Shown here: positions 18,736-27,408 of the stretch, piece by piece
How positions within the stretch are numbered: position 1 is the stretch's first letter
Layout: every line of letters begins with the position of its first letter
DNA from: Candidatus Sysuimicrobiota bacterium
Lineage (GTDB): Bacteria > Sysuimicrobiota > Sysuimicrobiia > Sysuimicrobiales > Sysuimicrobiaceae
Assembly: GCA_040289515.1 (NCBI GenBank)
Contig: PSLI01000001.1
Coordinates: 32,001-96,000, forward strand
Length of the DNA: 64,000 nucleotides
Direction of reading: 5' to 3'
Position numbers and translations under genes: made by a program
Notes under the pieces: generated by a model
Told to the model about the DNA's origin: nothing
The model's input: the letters and a program-made list of their open reading frames with translations, nothing else
Databases searched by the model: none

Positions 18736-19950
18736 ATGAGCCTCATTGTGCAGAAGTTCGGCGGCACCTCGGTGGCGACGCCGGAGCGGATGTTCCACGT
18801 GGCCCGCCGGGTGGCCCGCACGCGGCGGGCAGGCCACCAGGTGGTGGTGGTGGTCTCGGCCCCGGGGGACACGACCGACGAGCTCATCCAGCGCGCCCAC
18901 CAGATCACGGAGCGGCCCTCGCCGCGGGAGCTGGACATGCTCCTGGCGGTGGGCGAGCAGATGTCCGTGGCCTTGTTGGCCATGGCCCTGCAGGAGGAGG
19001 GGGAGCGGGCCACCGCACTGACGGGCTGGCAGGTGCGCATCCTCACCGAACCCGTGCACACCAAGGCCCGCATCCTGGAGGTGGAACGGGGCCGGCTGCT
19101 GGACGAGCTGGCGCGCGGCCGCATCCCGGTGGTGGCGGGGTTCCAAGGGGTGACGGCCTTCGGGGAAGTCACCACGCTTGGGCGGGGCGGGTCCGACACC
19201 ACCGCGGTGGCGGTGGCTGCGGCCCTGGAAGCGGACGTGTGTGAAATCTACACCGACGTGCCGGGGGTGTTCACCGCGGACCCTCGCCTGGTGCCCACGG
19301 CCCGGAAGCTGCCGTACCTCACGTACGACGAGATGCTGGAGATGGCGTCCTCGGGGGCGGTGGTGGTGCAGACCCGGGCCGCGGAGTACGCCAAGCTGCA
19401 CCGGGTGCGGCTGCACGTGCGGAGCACCTTCGAGGAGGAGGAGGGAACCCTGATCGGGGAGGAGCCCATGGAGCCGGTGCGGTCCGTGAACGCGGTGACG
19501 CACGACGTGGACGTGTGCAAGATCACGGTGCAGGACCTGCCCGACGTGCCGGGCGTGGCCCACCGGCTGTTCGGGGTGCTGGCGGAGGCCCACGTGAACG
19601 TGGACATGATCGTGCAGACCGCCAGCCGGGGCGGGCGGGCGGACATCTCCTTCACCGTGAGCCGCGCAGACGCCCGGGCAGCCCTGGAGGGTGCGGAACG
19701 GGTGGCCCGGGAGCTGGGGGCTGGGAAGGTGGAAAGCGAGGAGGGAGTGGCCAAGGTGTCCGTAGTCGGGGCGGGGATGGTGAGCAACCCCGGGGTGGCC
19801 GCCACCATGTTCGGCGCTTTGGCCGCGGAGCAGATCAACATCCAGATGATCAGCACCTCCGAGATCAAGATCTCCTGCGTCATCGACGCCGCCTCCGTGC
19901 CCCGGGCGGTGCGGGCCCTGCACCGGGCCTTCAACCTCGAGGAGGACTGA
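18736..19950 (+). CDS. lysC: Aspartate kinase (alpha subunit)
   Basis: VQKFGGTSV, TLGRGGSDTTAV, YTDVPGVFTADPR and two ACT domains. Confidence 0.97.
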   Translation: MSLIVQKFGGTSVATPERMFHVARRVARTRRAGHQVVVVVSAPGDTTDELIQRAHQITERPSPRELDMLLAVGEQMSVALLAMALQEEGERATALTGWQVRILTEPVHTKARILEVERGRLLDELARGRIPVVAGFQGVTAFGEVTTLGRGGSDTTAVAVAAALEADVCEIYTDVPGVFTADPRLVPTARKLPYLTYDEMLEMASSGAVVVQTRAAEYAKLHRVRLHVRSTFEEEEGTLIGEEPMEPVRSVNAVTHDVDVCKITVQDLPDVPGVAHRLFGVLAEAHVNVDMIVQTASRGGRADISFTVSRADARAALEGAERVARELGAGKVESEEGVAKVSVVGAGMVSNPGVAATMFGALAAEQINIQMISTSEIKISCVIDAASVPRAVRALHRAFNLEED

Positions 19951-19976
19951 AACCCGAACGCTTCTCGCAAACTGTC

Positions 19977-20005
19977 TTGGACGGCTGCCAACTTCCCGGT
20001 AGCAT
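19977..20005 (+). promoter_or_regulatory. Putative promoter of the NCS2 permease operon
   Basis: TTGGAC-N17-TAGCAT. Confidence 0.6.
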
Positions 20006-20068
20006 AGGGCCGGCGGCCGGCACGTACCGGACGGCCCGTTCGTCATTTCCGAACTGGAGGTGGTGGCG

Positions 20069-21469
20069 TTGGCGCATGCGCGCGCCCTCCCGGTGGAGGC
20101 AGGCTGGCTGGAGCGCACCTTTCAGCTGCGGGAGCGTAACACCACGGTGGGCACCGAGGTGCGGGCGGGGCTGACCACCTTCATGGTCATGGCCTACATC
20201 ATTTTTGTGAACCCCAGCATCCTAGGCCAGGTGGCAGACCCCACGGGGGCCAAGATGCCCTTCCCGGCTGCGCTCACGGTCACGTGCCTGACTGCGGGCG
20301 TGCTCAGCATCCTCATGGGCCTTGCGTCTAACTACCCCTTTGCCCTGGCGCCGGGCATGGGGCTGAACGCGGTGGTGACCTTCCAGCTGGTGGGAGCCCT
20401 GAAGTTGACCTGGCCGCAGGCCATGTCCGTGATCCTGCTGGAAGGCCTGGTGATCCTGGTCCTGGTGCTCACCCGGTTCCGGGAGGCGGTCATGGATGCC
20501 ATCCCCATGTCCCTGAAGCGGGCCATCGGGGTGGGCATCGGCCTGTTCATCGCCCTGATCGGGTTCGTGAACGGCGGCTTCGTCTCCAAGGGCGAGGCCA
20601 CCGCTCTGACCCTAGGCCGGCTGCACGCCCTGCCCATGGCGGTGTTCGTGCTGGGGTTTTTGATCACGGGCTACCTGCTGGCTCGGCGGGTGCGGGGGGC
20701 TCTGCTGTCCGGCATCCTGCTGACCACGGCCGTGGCGGTGGTGGCCAACGCCCTGTGGGGTGGTGGCCGGGCCTTCGGTCCATCCGCGGTGCTGCCGGAG
20801 CGCTGGGTAGCGGCTCCCGCGGGCCTGTGGGGCCCGGACCGCGTGTTCGGCCGCGTGGACTTCGGCTTTTTCACCACCTTGGGGGTGGCCACGGCAGTTC
20901 TGGTCACCTTCTCCATCATGCTGGCGGACTTCTTCGACACCATGGGCACTGTGGTGGGCATCGCGGGAGAGGCGGGCTTCCTAGACCCGCAGGGCCGGCT
21001 GCCGCGGATCCGGCAGGTCCTGCTGGTGGACTCCCTGGGCGCTGCCCTGGGCGGGTTTGCCAACAGCAGCAGCAACACCACCTACATCGAAAGCGCCGCG
21101 GGGGTGGCGGAGGGCGGCCGCACGGGCGTGGTGTCCGTGGTGGTGGGCGTGCTGTTTTTGCTGGCCATGTTCTTGAACCCTATCGCGGGGATGGTGCCCA
21201 AGGAGGCCACGGCCCCCGCCCTGATCCTGGTGGGGTTCTTCATGATGACGGTGGCCAAGGACATCCCTTGGACGGACTACGAGGAGGCCATTCCCGCCTT
21301 CGTGACCATGCTGGTGATGCCCTTCACCTGGAACATCACCAACGGGATCGGGGCGGGGTTCATCACGTACACCGCTTTGAAACTTCTGGGCGGCAAAGCG
21401 CGCGAGGTGCGGCCCCTCATGTGGTTAGCGTCGGCCGCCTTCGTGGTGTACTTCCTGTTCCCCGCGTAG
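20069..21469 (+). CDS. NCS2/AzgA-family purine permease (PbuG-like)
   Basis: EVRAGLTTFMVMAYIIFVNP, APGMGLNA, DFFDTMGT and YIESAAGVAEGGRTG; TTG start 8 nt after GGAGG (GTG 20060/20063 possible). Confidence 0.93.
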   Translation: MAHARALPVEAGWLERTFQLRERNTTVGTEVRAGLTTFMVMAYIIFVNPSILGQVADPTGAKMPFPAALTVTCLTAGVLSILMGLASNYPFALAPGMGLNAVVTFQLVGALKLTWPQAMSVILLEGLVILVLVLTRFREAVMDAIPMSLKRAIGVGIGLFIALIGFVNGGFVSKGEATALTLGRLHALPMAVFVLGFLITGYLLARRVRGALLSGILLTTAVAVVANALWGGGRAFGPSAVLPERWVAAPAGLWGPDRVFGRVDFGFFTTLGVATAVLVTFSIMLADFFDTMGTVVGIAGEAGFLDPQGRLPRIRQVLLVDSLGAALGGFANSSSNTTYIESAAGVAEGGRTGVVSVVVGVLFLLAMFLNPIAGMVPKEATAPALILVGFFMMTVAKDIPWTDYEEAIPAFVTMLVMPFTWNITNGIGAGFITYTALKLLGGKAREVRPLMWLASAAFVVYFLFPA

Positions 21470-21473
21470 CGGT

Positions 21474-22265
21474 TTGCGCGTTGGTCTGGTAAGCCTGCTC
21501 ACGGACTTCGGGCCCCACGGCCGCTACGTGGCGGAGGTCCGGGCGGTGCTGCTAGCACCAGCTCCCGGCGCGCGCGTGGAGGTGGTAGACATCAGCCACG
21601 CGGTACGCCCGCACCACGTGCGGGAGGCCGCGTACCTGCTGCGTTCCGCGGTGCGCAGCTTCCCGCCGGGAACGGTACACGTGGCCGTGGTGGACCCCAC
21701 CGTGGGCACCGCGCGCCGGGCCGTGGTGGTAAGCTCCGGAGGCCACCTCCTGGTGGGGCCCGACAACGGCCTCCTGCTGCCCGCCGCCAGGTCTCTGGGC
21801 TCGCCCCAGGTGCGGGAGCTCGTGCACCCCGACCTGCGCAGACCGTGCGTGTACCCCACCTTCTGGGGACGGGACGTGTTTGCCCCGGCCGCCCGCTGGC
21901 TGGCCCTGGGCTTCCCCTTTGAGGAGGTGGGGCCAGAGGTCCGCGACCCTGTGGTGCTGGAGGAACGCGCCCCCCAGCGAGCGCCGGGACTACTGGTGGG
22001 AGAGGTGGTGACCTGCGACGCCTTCGGCAACCTCGGCACCAACATCCCCGGCAGCTGGCTGGACTCCCTGCCGGAGGCCGTCTGGGTCCGGCTGGAAAAT
22101 CGAGCTGAGCCCGCCCGGCGGGTGCGCACCTACGCAGATGCGGCTCCCGGCACTTTGGTGGTGCTGGTGGGTAGCGACGGGCTCGTGGAGGTGGCAGTAC
22201 GGGAGGGCAACGCCGCCTCCCGGCTTGGCGGGAGGCCGGGGGACCCCGTGGAGCTTCGAGCCTGA
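21474..22265 (+). CDS. SAM hydroxide adenosyltransferase / chlorinase-fluorinase family protein (DUF62)
   Basis: LLTDFG, VAVVDPTVGTARR, GPDNG, TFWGRDVFAP, DAFGNLGTNI and EVAVREGNA. Confidence 0.92.
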   Translation: MRVGLVSLLTDFGPHGRYVAEVRAVLLAPAPGARVEVVDISHAVRPHHVREAAYLLRSAVRSFPPGTVHVAVVDPTVGTARRAVVVSSGGHLLVGPDNGLLLPAARSLGSPQVRELVHPDLRRPCVYPTFWGRDVFAPAARWLALGFPFEEVGPEVRDPVVLEERAPQRAPGLLVGEVVTCDAFGNLGTNIPGSWLDSLPEAVWVRLENRAEPARRVRTYADAAPGTLVVLVGSDGLVEVAVREGNAASRLGGRPGDPVELRA

Positions 22266-22327
22266 CTCCGGGGCTAGATGGGGCGTTACAATGACCGGAA
22301 AGAGTTTTCCTGCGGGGAGGCGTCGAC

Positions 22328-23659
22328 ATGTGCGGCGTGTCGTGGAGGCAGGCGGCGGTTGTGGCGTGTCTAGCGGCCGCGCTGGTGGGCGCGTGGGTAC
22401 TGCCCCTGCAGGCGGCGGATGCGTCGTTGGTGTTCCGGGTGGTGGAGCTCCTGCGGGACGAGCACGTATCCCGTCCGGACCCCGTGCAGCTGTACCGCGC
22501 GGCCATAGGCGGGCTGCGGGAGACGCTGCAGCGCGCGGGCATATCCGCGCCCCTTCCGGACGTGTTCGCCCGGGACGAGCAACACGCCCGGGAGCAGTTT
22601 CAGCTCCGGTTCGACCAGGCCTTGCGGCTTGGTGCGGGCCGCTTGGGAGAGCGGGAGCTTCAGTTCGCGGCCGCGCGGGCCGCGGCGGCCAGCCTGCGGG
22701 ACTCCCACACCAGCTTCATCACCCCGGAGCGGCTGGCGGAGCTGCGACGCCAGCAGCAGAACGAGGCGGCCTTCACGGGCATCGGCATCCTCCTGCTGGC
22801 CAAGGAGGGCAGATTCTACGCGCGCCTGGTGTTCCCCGGCGGGCCCGCACAGCGCGCTGGGCTTCGGCCCTTCGACCGCATCCTGGCCATCGACGGGGTG
22901 AGCACGGAGGGGATGACCACCGACCAGGTATCCAGCCGCATCCGCGGGCCCCAGGGGACCCAGGTCAGCCTCACCATCCAGCGCCCGGGCCAGTCCGCCC
23001 CCGTGGTGGTCACCACGGTGCGGGAGCCCATCGTGGTGCCCTCCGTGGAGTGGGCCTTGTTGGAGGGGGACGTGGGGTACGTGCGCTTCGGGCAGTTCAA
23101 CCAGGGCTCCAGCGCCCGTCTGGCCCGGGCGGTAGCGGAGCTTCAGCAGCAGGGTGTGCGGGGCCTGGTGTTGGATCTGCGGGGTAACCGGGGGGGGCTC
23201 GTGTCCGAGCTGAACCGGGTGGCGGAGCTGTTTTTGCCGCCGGGCGCGCTAGTGTATACCCTGGAGAGCCGGGAGGAAGGCCGCGGCAGCTACGTGACGC
23301 GCTCCGGCCCTCTTCTGGCCTCCTCAGTGCCCATGGTGGTGCTGGTGGACGACGACACCGCCAGCGCGGCGGAGCTTTTGAGTGCTGCGCTGCGCGACCA
23401 CGGTCGGGCACCCCTTGTGGGCGTTCGCACCGCGGGTGCGGTCCTGTTGAGCGTGACGTTTCCCCTGCCCGGGGGCGCAGGCCTGAGCGTGGCCATCGCC
23501 CGCATGCGAACCCCTCGCGGGGAGGAATTGGAAGGGCGCGGCCTGGTCCCAGACGTGCAGGTGGATCTCACCACCGCGGACCTGGAAGCTGGGTTCGATA
23601 GCCAGCTGGTGCGCGGCCGGGAGGTACTGGGCCGCAGCGCGGCCACCTGGGCCCGCTGA
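22328..23659 (+). CDS. S41 family C-terminal processing peptidase with PDZ domain
   Basis: Signal peptide, DSHTSF, FTGIGI, PDZ region, [15 protein letters not shown] and GLVPD. Confidence 0.9.
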   Translation: MCGVSWRQAAVVACLAAALVGAWVLPLQAADASLVFRVVELLRDEHVSRPDPVQLYRAAIGGLRETLQRAGISAPLPDVFARDEQHAREQFQLRFDQALRLGAGRLGERELQFAAARAAAASLRDSHTSFITPERLAELRRQQQNEAAFTGIGILLLAKEGRFYARLVFPGGPAQRAGLRPFDRILAIDGVSTEGMTTDQVSSRIRGPQGTQVSLTIQRPGQSAPVVVTTVREPIVVPSVEWALLEGDVGYVRFGQFNQGSSARLARAVAELQQQGVRGLVLDLRGNRGGLVSELNRVAELFLPPGALVYTLESREEGRGSYVTRSGPLLASSVPMVVLVDDDTASAAELLSAALRDHGRAPLVGVRTAGAVLLSVTFPLPGGAGLSVAIARMRTPRGEELEGRGLVPDVQVDLTTADLEAGFDSQLVRGREVLGRSAATWAR

Positions 23660-23738
23660 GCTTTCCCCGGGTCGTGGCGGCAGGGACCGGCTCGGGTGGT
23701 GTGGAAGTCACCGCCTCAAAGCCAGTCAGGAGGGGACC

Positions 23739-25103
23739 ATGAAGGACCTCACAAAGGTGGTACTGCCGGAAACCGAGCTGCCCAAGGCCTGGTACAACAT
23801 CCTGGCGGACCTGCCGACCCCTCCCCCACCCCCCCTCCATCCGGGGACCAAGCAGCCCGTGAGCCCCGGGGACCTTGAACCCCTGTTTCCCCGGGAGATC
23901 ATCCTGCAGGAGGTCGCTACGGAGCGGTGGATCGACATCCCCGAGCCCGTGCGGGAGGTGTACCGCCTGTGGAGGCCCACGCCCCTCATCCGGGCACGCC
24001 GGCTGGAGGCGGCGTTGCAAACCCCCGCCCGCATCTACTACAAGTACGAGGGTGTAAGCCCCGCGGGCAGCCACAAGCCCAACACCGCGGTGGCGCAAGC
24101 CTTCTACAACTGGCAGGCGGGCGTGCGGCGCCTCACCACGGAGACCGGGGCGGGACAGTGGGGGTCGGCCCTGGCCATGGCCTGCCGCATGTTCGGACTG
24201 GACTGCACCGTGTACATGGTGCGGGTCAGCTACCAGCAGAAGCCCTACCGCCGCATCCTGATGGAAACGTGGGGGGCGGAGGTGGTGCCCAGCCCCAGCG
24301 ACCGCACCCAGGCGGGACGGACCATCCGCCAGCAGCATCCGGACTCCCCCGGCAGCTTGGGCATCGCCATCAGCGAGGCGGTGGAGGACGCGGCCACCCA
24401 CGAGGACACCAAGTACTCCCTGGGCAGCGTGCTGAACCACGTCCTTTTGCACCAGACGGTCCTCGGCCTGGAGGCCAAGCGGCAGATGGAGGTGTTCGAC
24501 GACTACCCGGACGTGGTCATCGGGTGCATCGGTGGCGGGAGCAACTTCGCGGGGCTGGCGTTCCCCTTTCTGCAGGATAAGCTGCGGGGCCGGAACCTAC
24601 GGGTGGTGGCCGTGGAGCCCACCGCCTGCCCCACCCTCACCAAGGGGCGCTATCTGTACGACTTCGGGGACACCGCGCGCACGACCCCGCTCCTTAAGAT
24701 GTACACCCTGGGGCACACCTTCATCCCGCCGGGCATCCACGCGGGTGGCCTCCGCTACCACGGGGACGCGCCCACCGTGTGCCTGCTGGTGCACCAGGGC
24801 TACATCGAGGCGGTGGCGTACCCGCAGAATGCCGTGTTCGAGGCCGCGGTGACCTTTGCCCGCACGGAGGGCATCCCCCCGGCCCCGGAGAGCGCCCACG
24901 CGGTGCGGCGCGCCATCGACGAGGCCATCGCGTGCCGGGAGTCGGGGGAGTCGCGGGCCATCCTGTTCAACCTGTCGGGTCACGGGCACTTCGACCTGGC
25001 GGCGTACGAGGAGTACCTGAGCGGGAGGTTGCCGGACTTCGAGTACCCGGAGGAGGAGGTTCGCAGGGCCCTGGAGGGGCTGGGGGCGCTGCAGCCCGCC
25101 TGA
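23739..25103 (+). CDS. trpB: Tryptophan synthase beta chain type 2 (TrpB2)
   Basis: [35 protein letters not shown] and HAGGLRYHG; no adjacent trpA. Confidence 0.95.
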   Translation: MKDLTKVVLPETELPKAWYNILADLPTPPPPPLHPGTKQPVSPGDLEPLFPREIILQEVATERWIDIPEPVREVYRLWRPTPLIRARRLEAALQTPARIYYKYEGVSPAGSHKPNTAVAQAFYNWQAGVRRLTTETGAGQWGSALAMACRMFGLDCTVYMVRVSYQQKPYRRILMETWGAEVVPSPSDRTQAGRTIRQQHPDSPGSLGIAISEAVEDAATHEDTKYSLGSVLNHVLLHQTVLGLEAKRQMEVFDDYPDVVIGCIGGGSNFAGLAFPFLQDKLRGRNLRVVAVEPTACPTLTKGRYLYDFGDTARTTPLLKMYTLGHTFIPPGIHAGGLRYHGDAPTVCLLVHQGYIEAVAYPQNAVFEAAVTFARTEGIPPAPESAHAVRRAIDEAIACRESGESRAILFNLSGHGHFDLAAYEEYLSGRLPDFEYPEEEVRRALEGLGALQPA

Positions 25104-25106
25104 GGA

Positions 25107-25508
25107 TCACGCGCCCGCCAGGGGGAAGCCCAGCACGCGGTCGGCCCGGAGCCCCAGCTCCAGCAGGAGCTGCAGGGCTTGCGGGCGGCACTCCTCCGGC
25201 ACCACCAGGTGGAACTCCCCACCGCAGGCGTCCGCGTACGCGCGAAACAGCCGCCACTGCTGCGCGGTCTCCTCCAGGTGCAGGGTGTCGCACGTCTCCA
25301 CCTCCACCACCACCAGGCGGTTGGCGGGATCACGGCAGGTGAGATCGGGCCGGGAGGGCGAAAACCCTGCCAGGTGGAGGGAGCGGGGCGGCCGCTGCCC
25401 GGGCAGGTCCGCGAAGATGCGCTGGAATCCGGAAGCTGCGTACGCGCCGCAGGCGGCCCGGACTAGCCGCACGTGCCACTGAAAGGACGCCAGCTTGCGG
25501 TGCGCCAC
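25107..25508 (-). CDS. Hypothetical protein with PD-(D/E)xK-like motif
   Basis: Fills the gap between trpB2 and dtxR; RPDLTC...VVVEVET pattern. Confidence 0.65.
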   Translation of the reverse strand: MAHRKLASFQWHVRLVRAACGAYAASGFQRIFADLPGQRPPRSLHLAGFSPSRPDLTCRDPANRLVVVEVETCDTLHLEETAQQWRLFRAYADACGGEFHLVVPEECRPQALQLLLELGLRADRVLGFPLAGA

Positions 25509-25582
25509 GGCCCCAGCTTGCCACGGCAGCGCCTACGGGCCAAGGTGCCCCCGCCGTGCTATGGTTTCCTCAAGAGGGAGTC

Positions 25583-26275
25583 GTGTCCACCCACGACATC
25601 GCCAAGACCGAGCGGACGGAGATGTACCTCAAGGCGGTGTTTGCCTTGCAGCACACCGCTCCCCCGGCCACCGTGTCGAAGGTGGCGGACTTTATGGGCG
25701 TTTCGGTGCCCTCCGCCTCAGAGATGCTGAAGCGGCTGGAGCAGCAGGGGTACGTCCAGGGCACCGGGGAGGGCGTGGGCCTGACGCCTGCAGGGTGGGA
25801 GGTGGCGGTGCGGGTGGTGCGCAGGCTGAGGCTGGCCGAGCGCCTGCTCACCGACGTCCTGGGATTGGATCTGGAGCGGGTGTACGAGGAGGCGTGCAAG
25901 CTGGAGCACGTCATCAGCCCGGAGGTGGAAGCCAGGTTGGAGCACGTGCTGGGCTCGCCCGCTCGTTGCCCCCACGGCCTGCCCATTCCGGGTCCGGATG
26001 GCTCCGTGGACCCCGTGCCCGGTTGCACCCTCGCGGACCTAGCGGAGGGCGACGCAGGATACGTGTGGGCCATCCCCGAGGAAGATCCGCAACTGGTCGC
26101 CTACCTGCGTTCCCTGCACCTGGTGCCGAACACGCGTGTGCAGGTGTTGGAGGTGGCGCCCTTCAACGGGCCCATCTTCTTCGACGCAGGGGGGCTCCGA
26201 CACGCCATTGGACGGGAGGCGGCTAGCCGCGTTTGGGTGCAGCGGGAGATAGGTAACTCTGTACAGGATCGTTAG
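25583..26275 (+). CDS. DtxR/IdeR family metal-dependent repressor with FeoA-like C-terminal domain
   Basis: EMYLKAVF, HTH region VSVPSASEMLKRL, RLAERLL, EACKLEH and CPHGLPIP. Confidence 0.95.
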   Translation: MSTHDIAKTERTEMYLKAVFALQHTAPPATVSKVADFMGVSVPSASEMLKRLEQQGYVQGTGEGVGLTPAGWEVAVRVVRRLRLAERLLTDVLGLDLERVYEEACKLEHVISPEVEARLEHVLGSPARCPHGLPIPGPDGSVDPVPGCTLADLAEGDAGYVWAIPEEDPQLVAYLRSLHLVPNTRVQVLEVAPFNGPIFFDAGGLRHAIGREAASRVWVQREIGNSVQDR

Positions 26276-26277
26276 GG

Positions 26278-26308
26278 TTGACAAGCCAGTCTGGTTAGAC
26301 TAGCCTAA
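26278..26308 (+). promoter_or_regulatory. Promoter with overlapping DtxR/IdeR-type operator
   Basis: TTGACA-N17-TAGCCT; TCTGGTTAGACTAGCCTAA (26290-26308) matches 15 of 19 positions of TTAGGTTAGGCTAACCTAA. Confidence 0.85.
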
Positions 26309-26358
26309 AAGTCACAAATCCTGAGTTCTTCGATTCACACAAAGGAGGTGTTGGCGGC

Positions 26359-27396
26359 GTGCGATCCCGCCTGTTGTCTACTCTAGCGGTCCTGGTGGTT
26401 TTCGTGGTACTGCCCAGGTCGGGCGCCTTCGGCCAAGCTAGAGAGCTTAACCTGTACAACGGACGCCACTACGACACCGACGAGGCCATCTACCGGGAGT
26501 TCACCCGCAGGACCGGGGTACGGGTGAACCTGATCCAGGGGGACGCGGACCAGCTCATCGAGCGCATCCGGGCGGAGGGGGCCACGAGCCCCGCGGACGT
26601 GCTGATCACCGTAGACGCCGGGCGCCTGTACCGGGCCCAGCAGCTGGGGTTGTGTCAGCGGGTGGACTCGCCGGTGCTGCACACCCGGATCCCCGCGCAC
26701 CTGCGGGACCCGCAGGGCCACTGGTTCGGGTTCACGAAGCGCTATCGGGTCATCGCGTACGCCCGGGCGCGCGTGCCGCGATCGATGCTGTCCACGTACG
26801 AGGACCTGAGTTCCTCCCGCTGGAAGGGCAGGCTGCTGGTGCGCAGCTCCAGCCACGTGTACAACCAGTCCCTGGTGGGAGCCCTGCTGGCGTGGCACGG
26901 GGAGTCCTTCGTGGCTCGCTGGGCCCGGGGCGTGGTGGCCAACCTAGGGCGTCCCCCGCAGGGAGGCGACCTGGACCAGCTGCGCGCTGTGGCGGCAGGG
27001 GAGGGCGACGTGGCCCTGGTGAACCATTACTATTACCTGCGCCTGCTGAACTCGCCTCACCCCGTCGACCGCGCGGTGGCCCAGCAGGTGGGGTTGTTCT
27101 TCCCTAACCAGGAGCCCGAGGAACGGGGCGTGCACGTGAACCTGAGCGGTGCGTGCGTGACCAGCACCTCCCGCAACCGCCAGGCCGCGGTGGCCTTCCT
27201 GGAGTTCTTAAGCTCCGATTTCGCCCAGGAGGTGTTCGCCAGAGGCAACTTCGAGTTCCCGGCGGTCCGCGGCATTGCCAACCCCATGGCCGCAGTCGCA
27301 CCCGCCACGCTGCGGGAGGACACGCTGAACGCGGCTGTCTACGCCGCAAACGGTGGGAAGGCCCTGCAGCTGATGGTGGCAGCGGGCTGGAGGTGA
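26359..27396 (+). CDS. fbpA: Fe(III) ABC transporter substrate-binding protein (FbpA/FutA)
   Basis: Signal peptide, LNLYNGRHYDTD, PADVLITVDAG, YNQSL, NHYY and NFEFP. Confidence 0.93.
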   Translation: MRSRLLSTLAVLVVFVVLPRSGAFGQARELNLYNGRHYDTDEAIYREFTRRTGVRVNLIQGDADQLIERIRAEGATSPADVLITVDAGRLYRAQQLGLCQRVDSPVLHTRIPAHLRDPQGHWFGFTKRYRVIAYARARVPRSMLSTYEDLSSSRWKGRLLVRSSSHVYNQSLVGALLAWHGESFVARWARGVVANLGRPPQGGDLDQLRAVAAGEGDVALVNHYYYLRLLNSPHPVDRAVAQQVGLFFPNQEPEERGVHVNLSGACVTSTSRNRQAAVAFLEFLSSDFAQEVFARGNFEFPAVRGIANPMAAVAPATLREDTLNAAVYAANGGKALQLMVAAGWR

Positions 27397-27408
27397 GCTC
27401 CTATCCCC

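Noticed and set aside
19951..20068. Classical purine riboswitch before the NCS2 permease
   Set aside because: The UAUAAU...GAUAUGG...UUUCUACC...CCGUAAA core is absent; kept only as a low-interest structured leader.
23739..25103. Stand-alone trpB2 without trpA as a novelty
   Set aside because: TrpB2 proteins are well known to occur outside trp operons.
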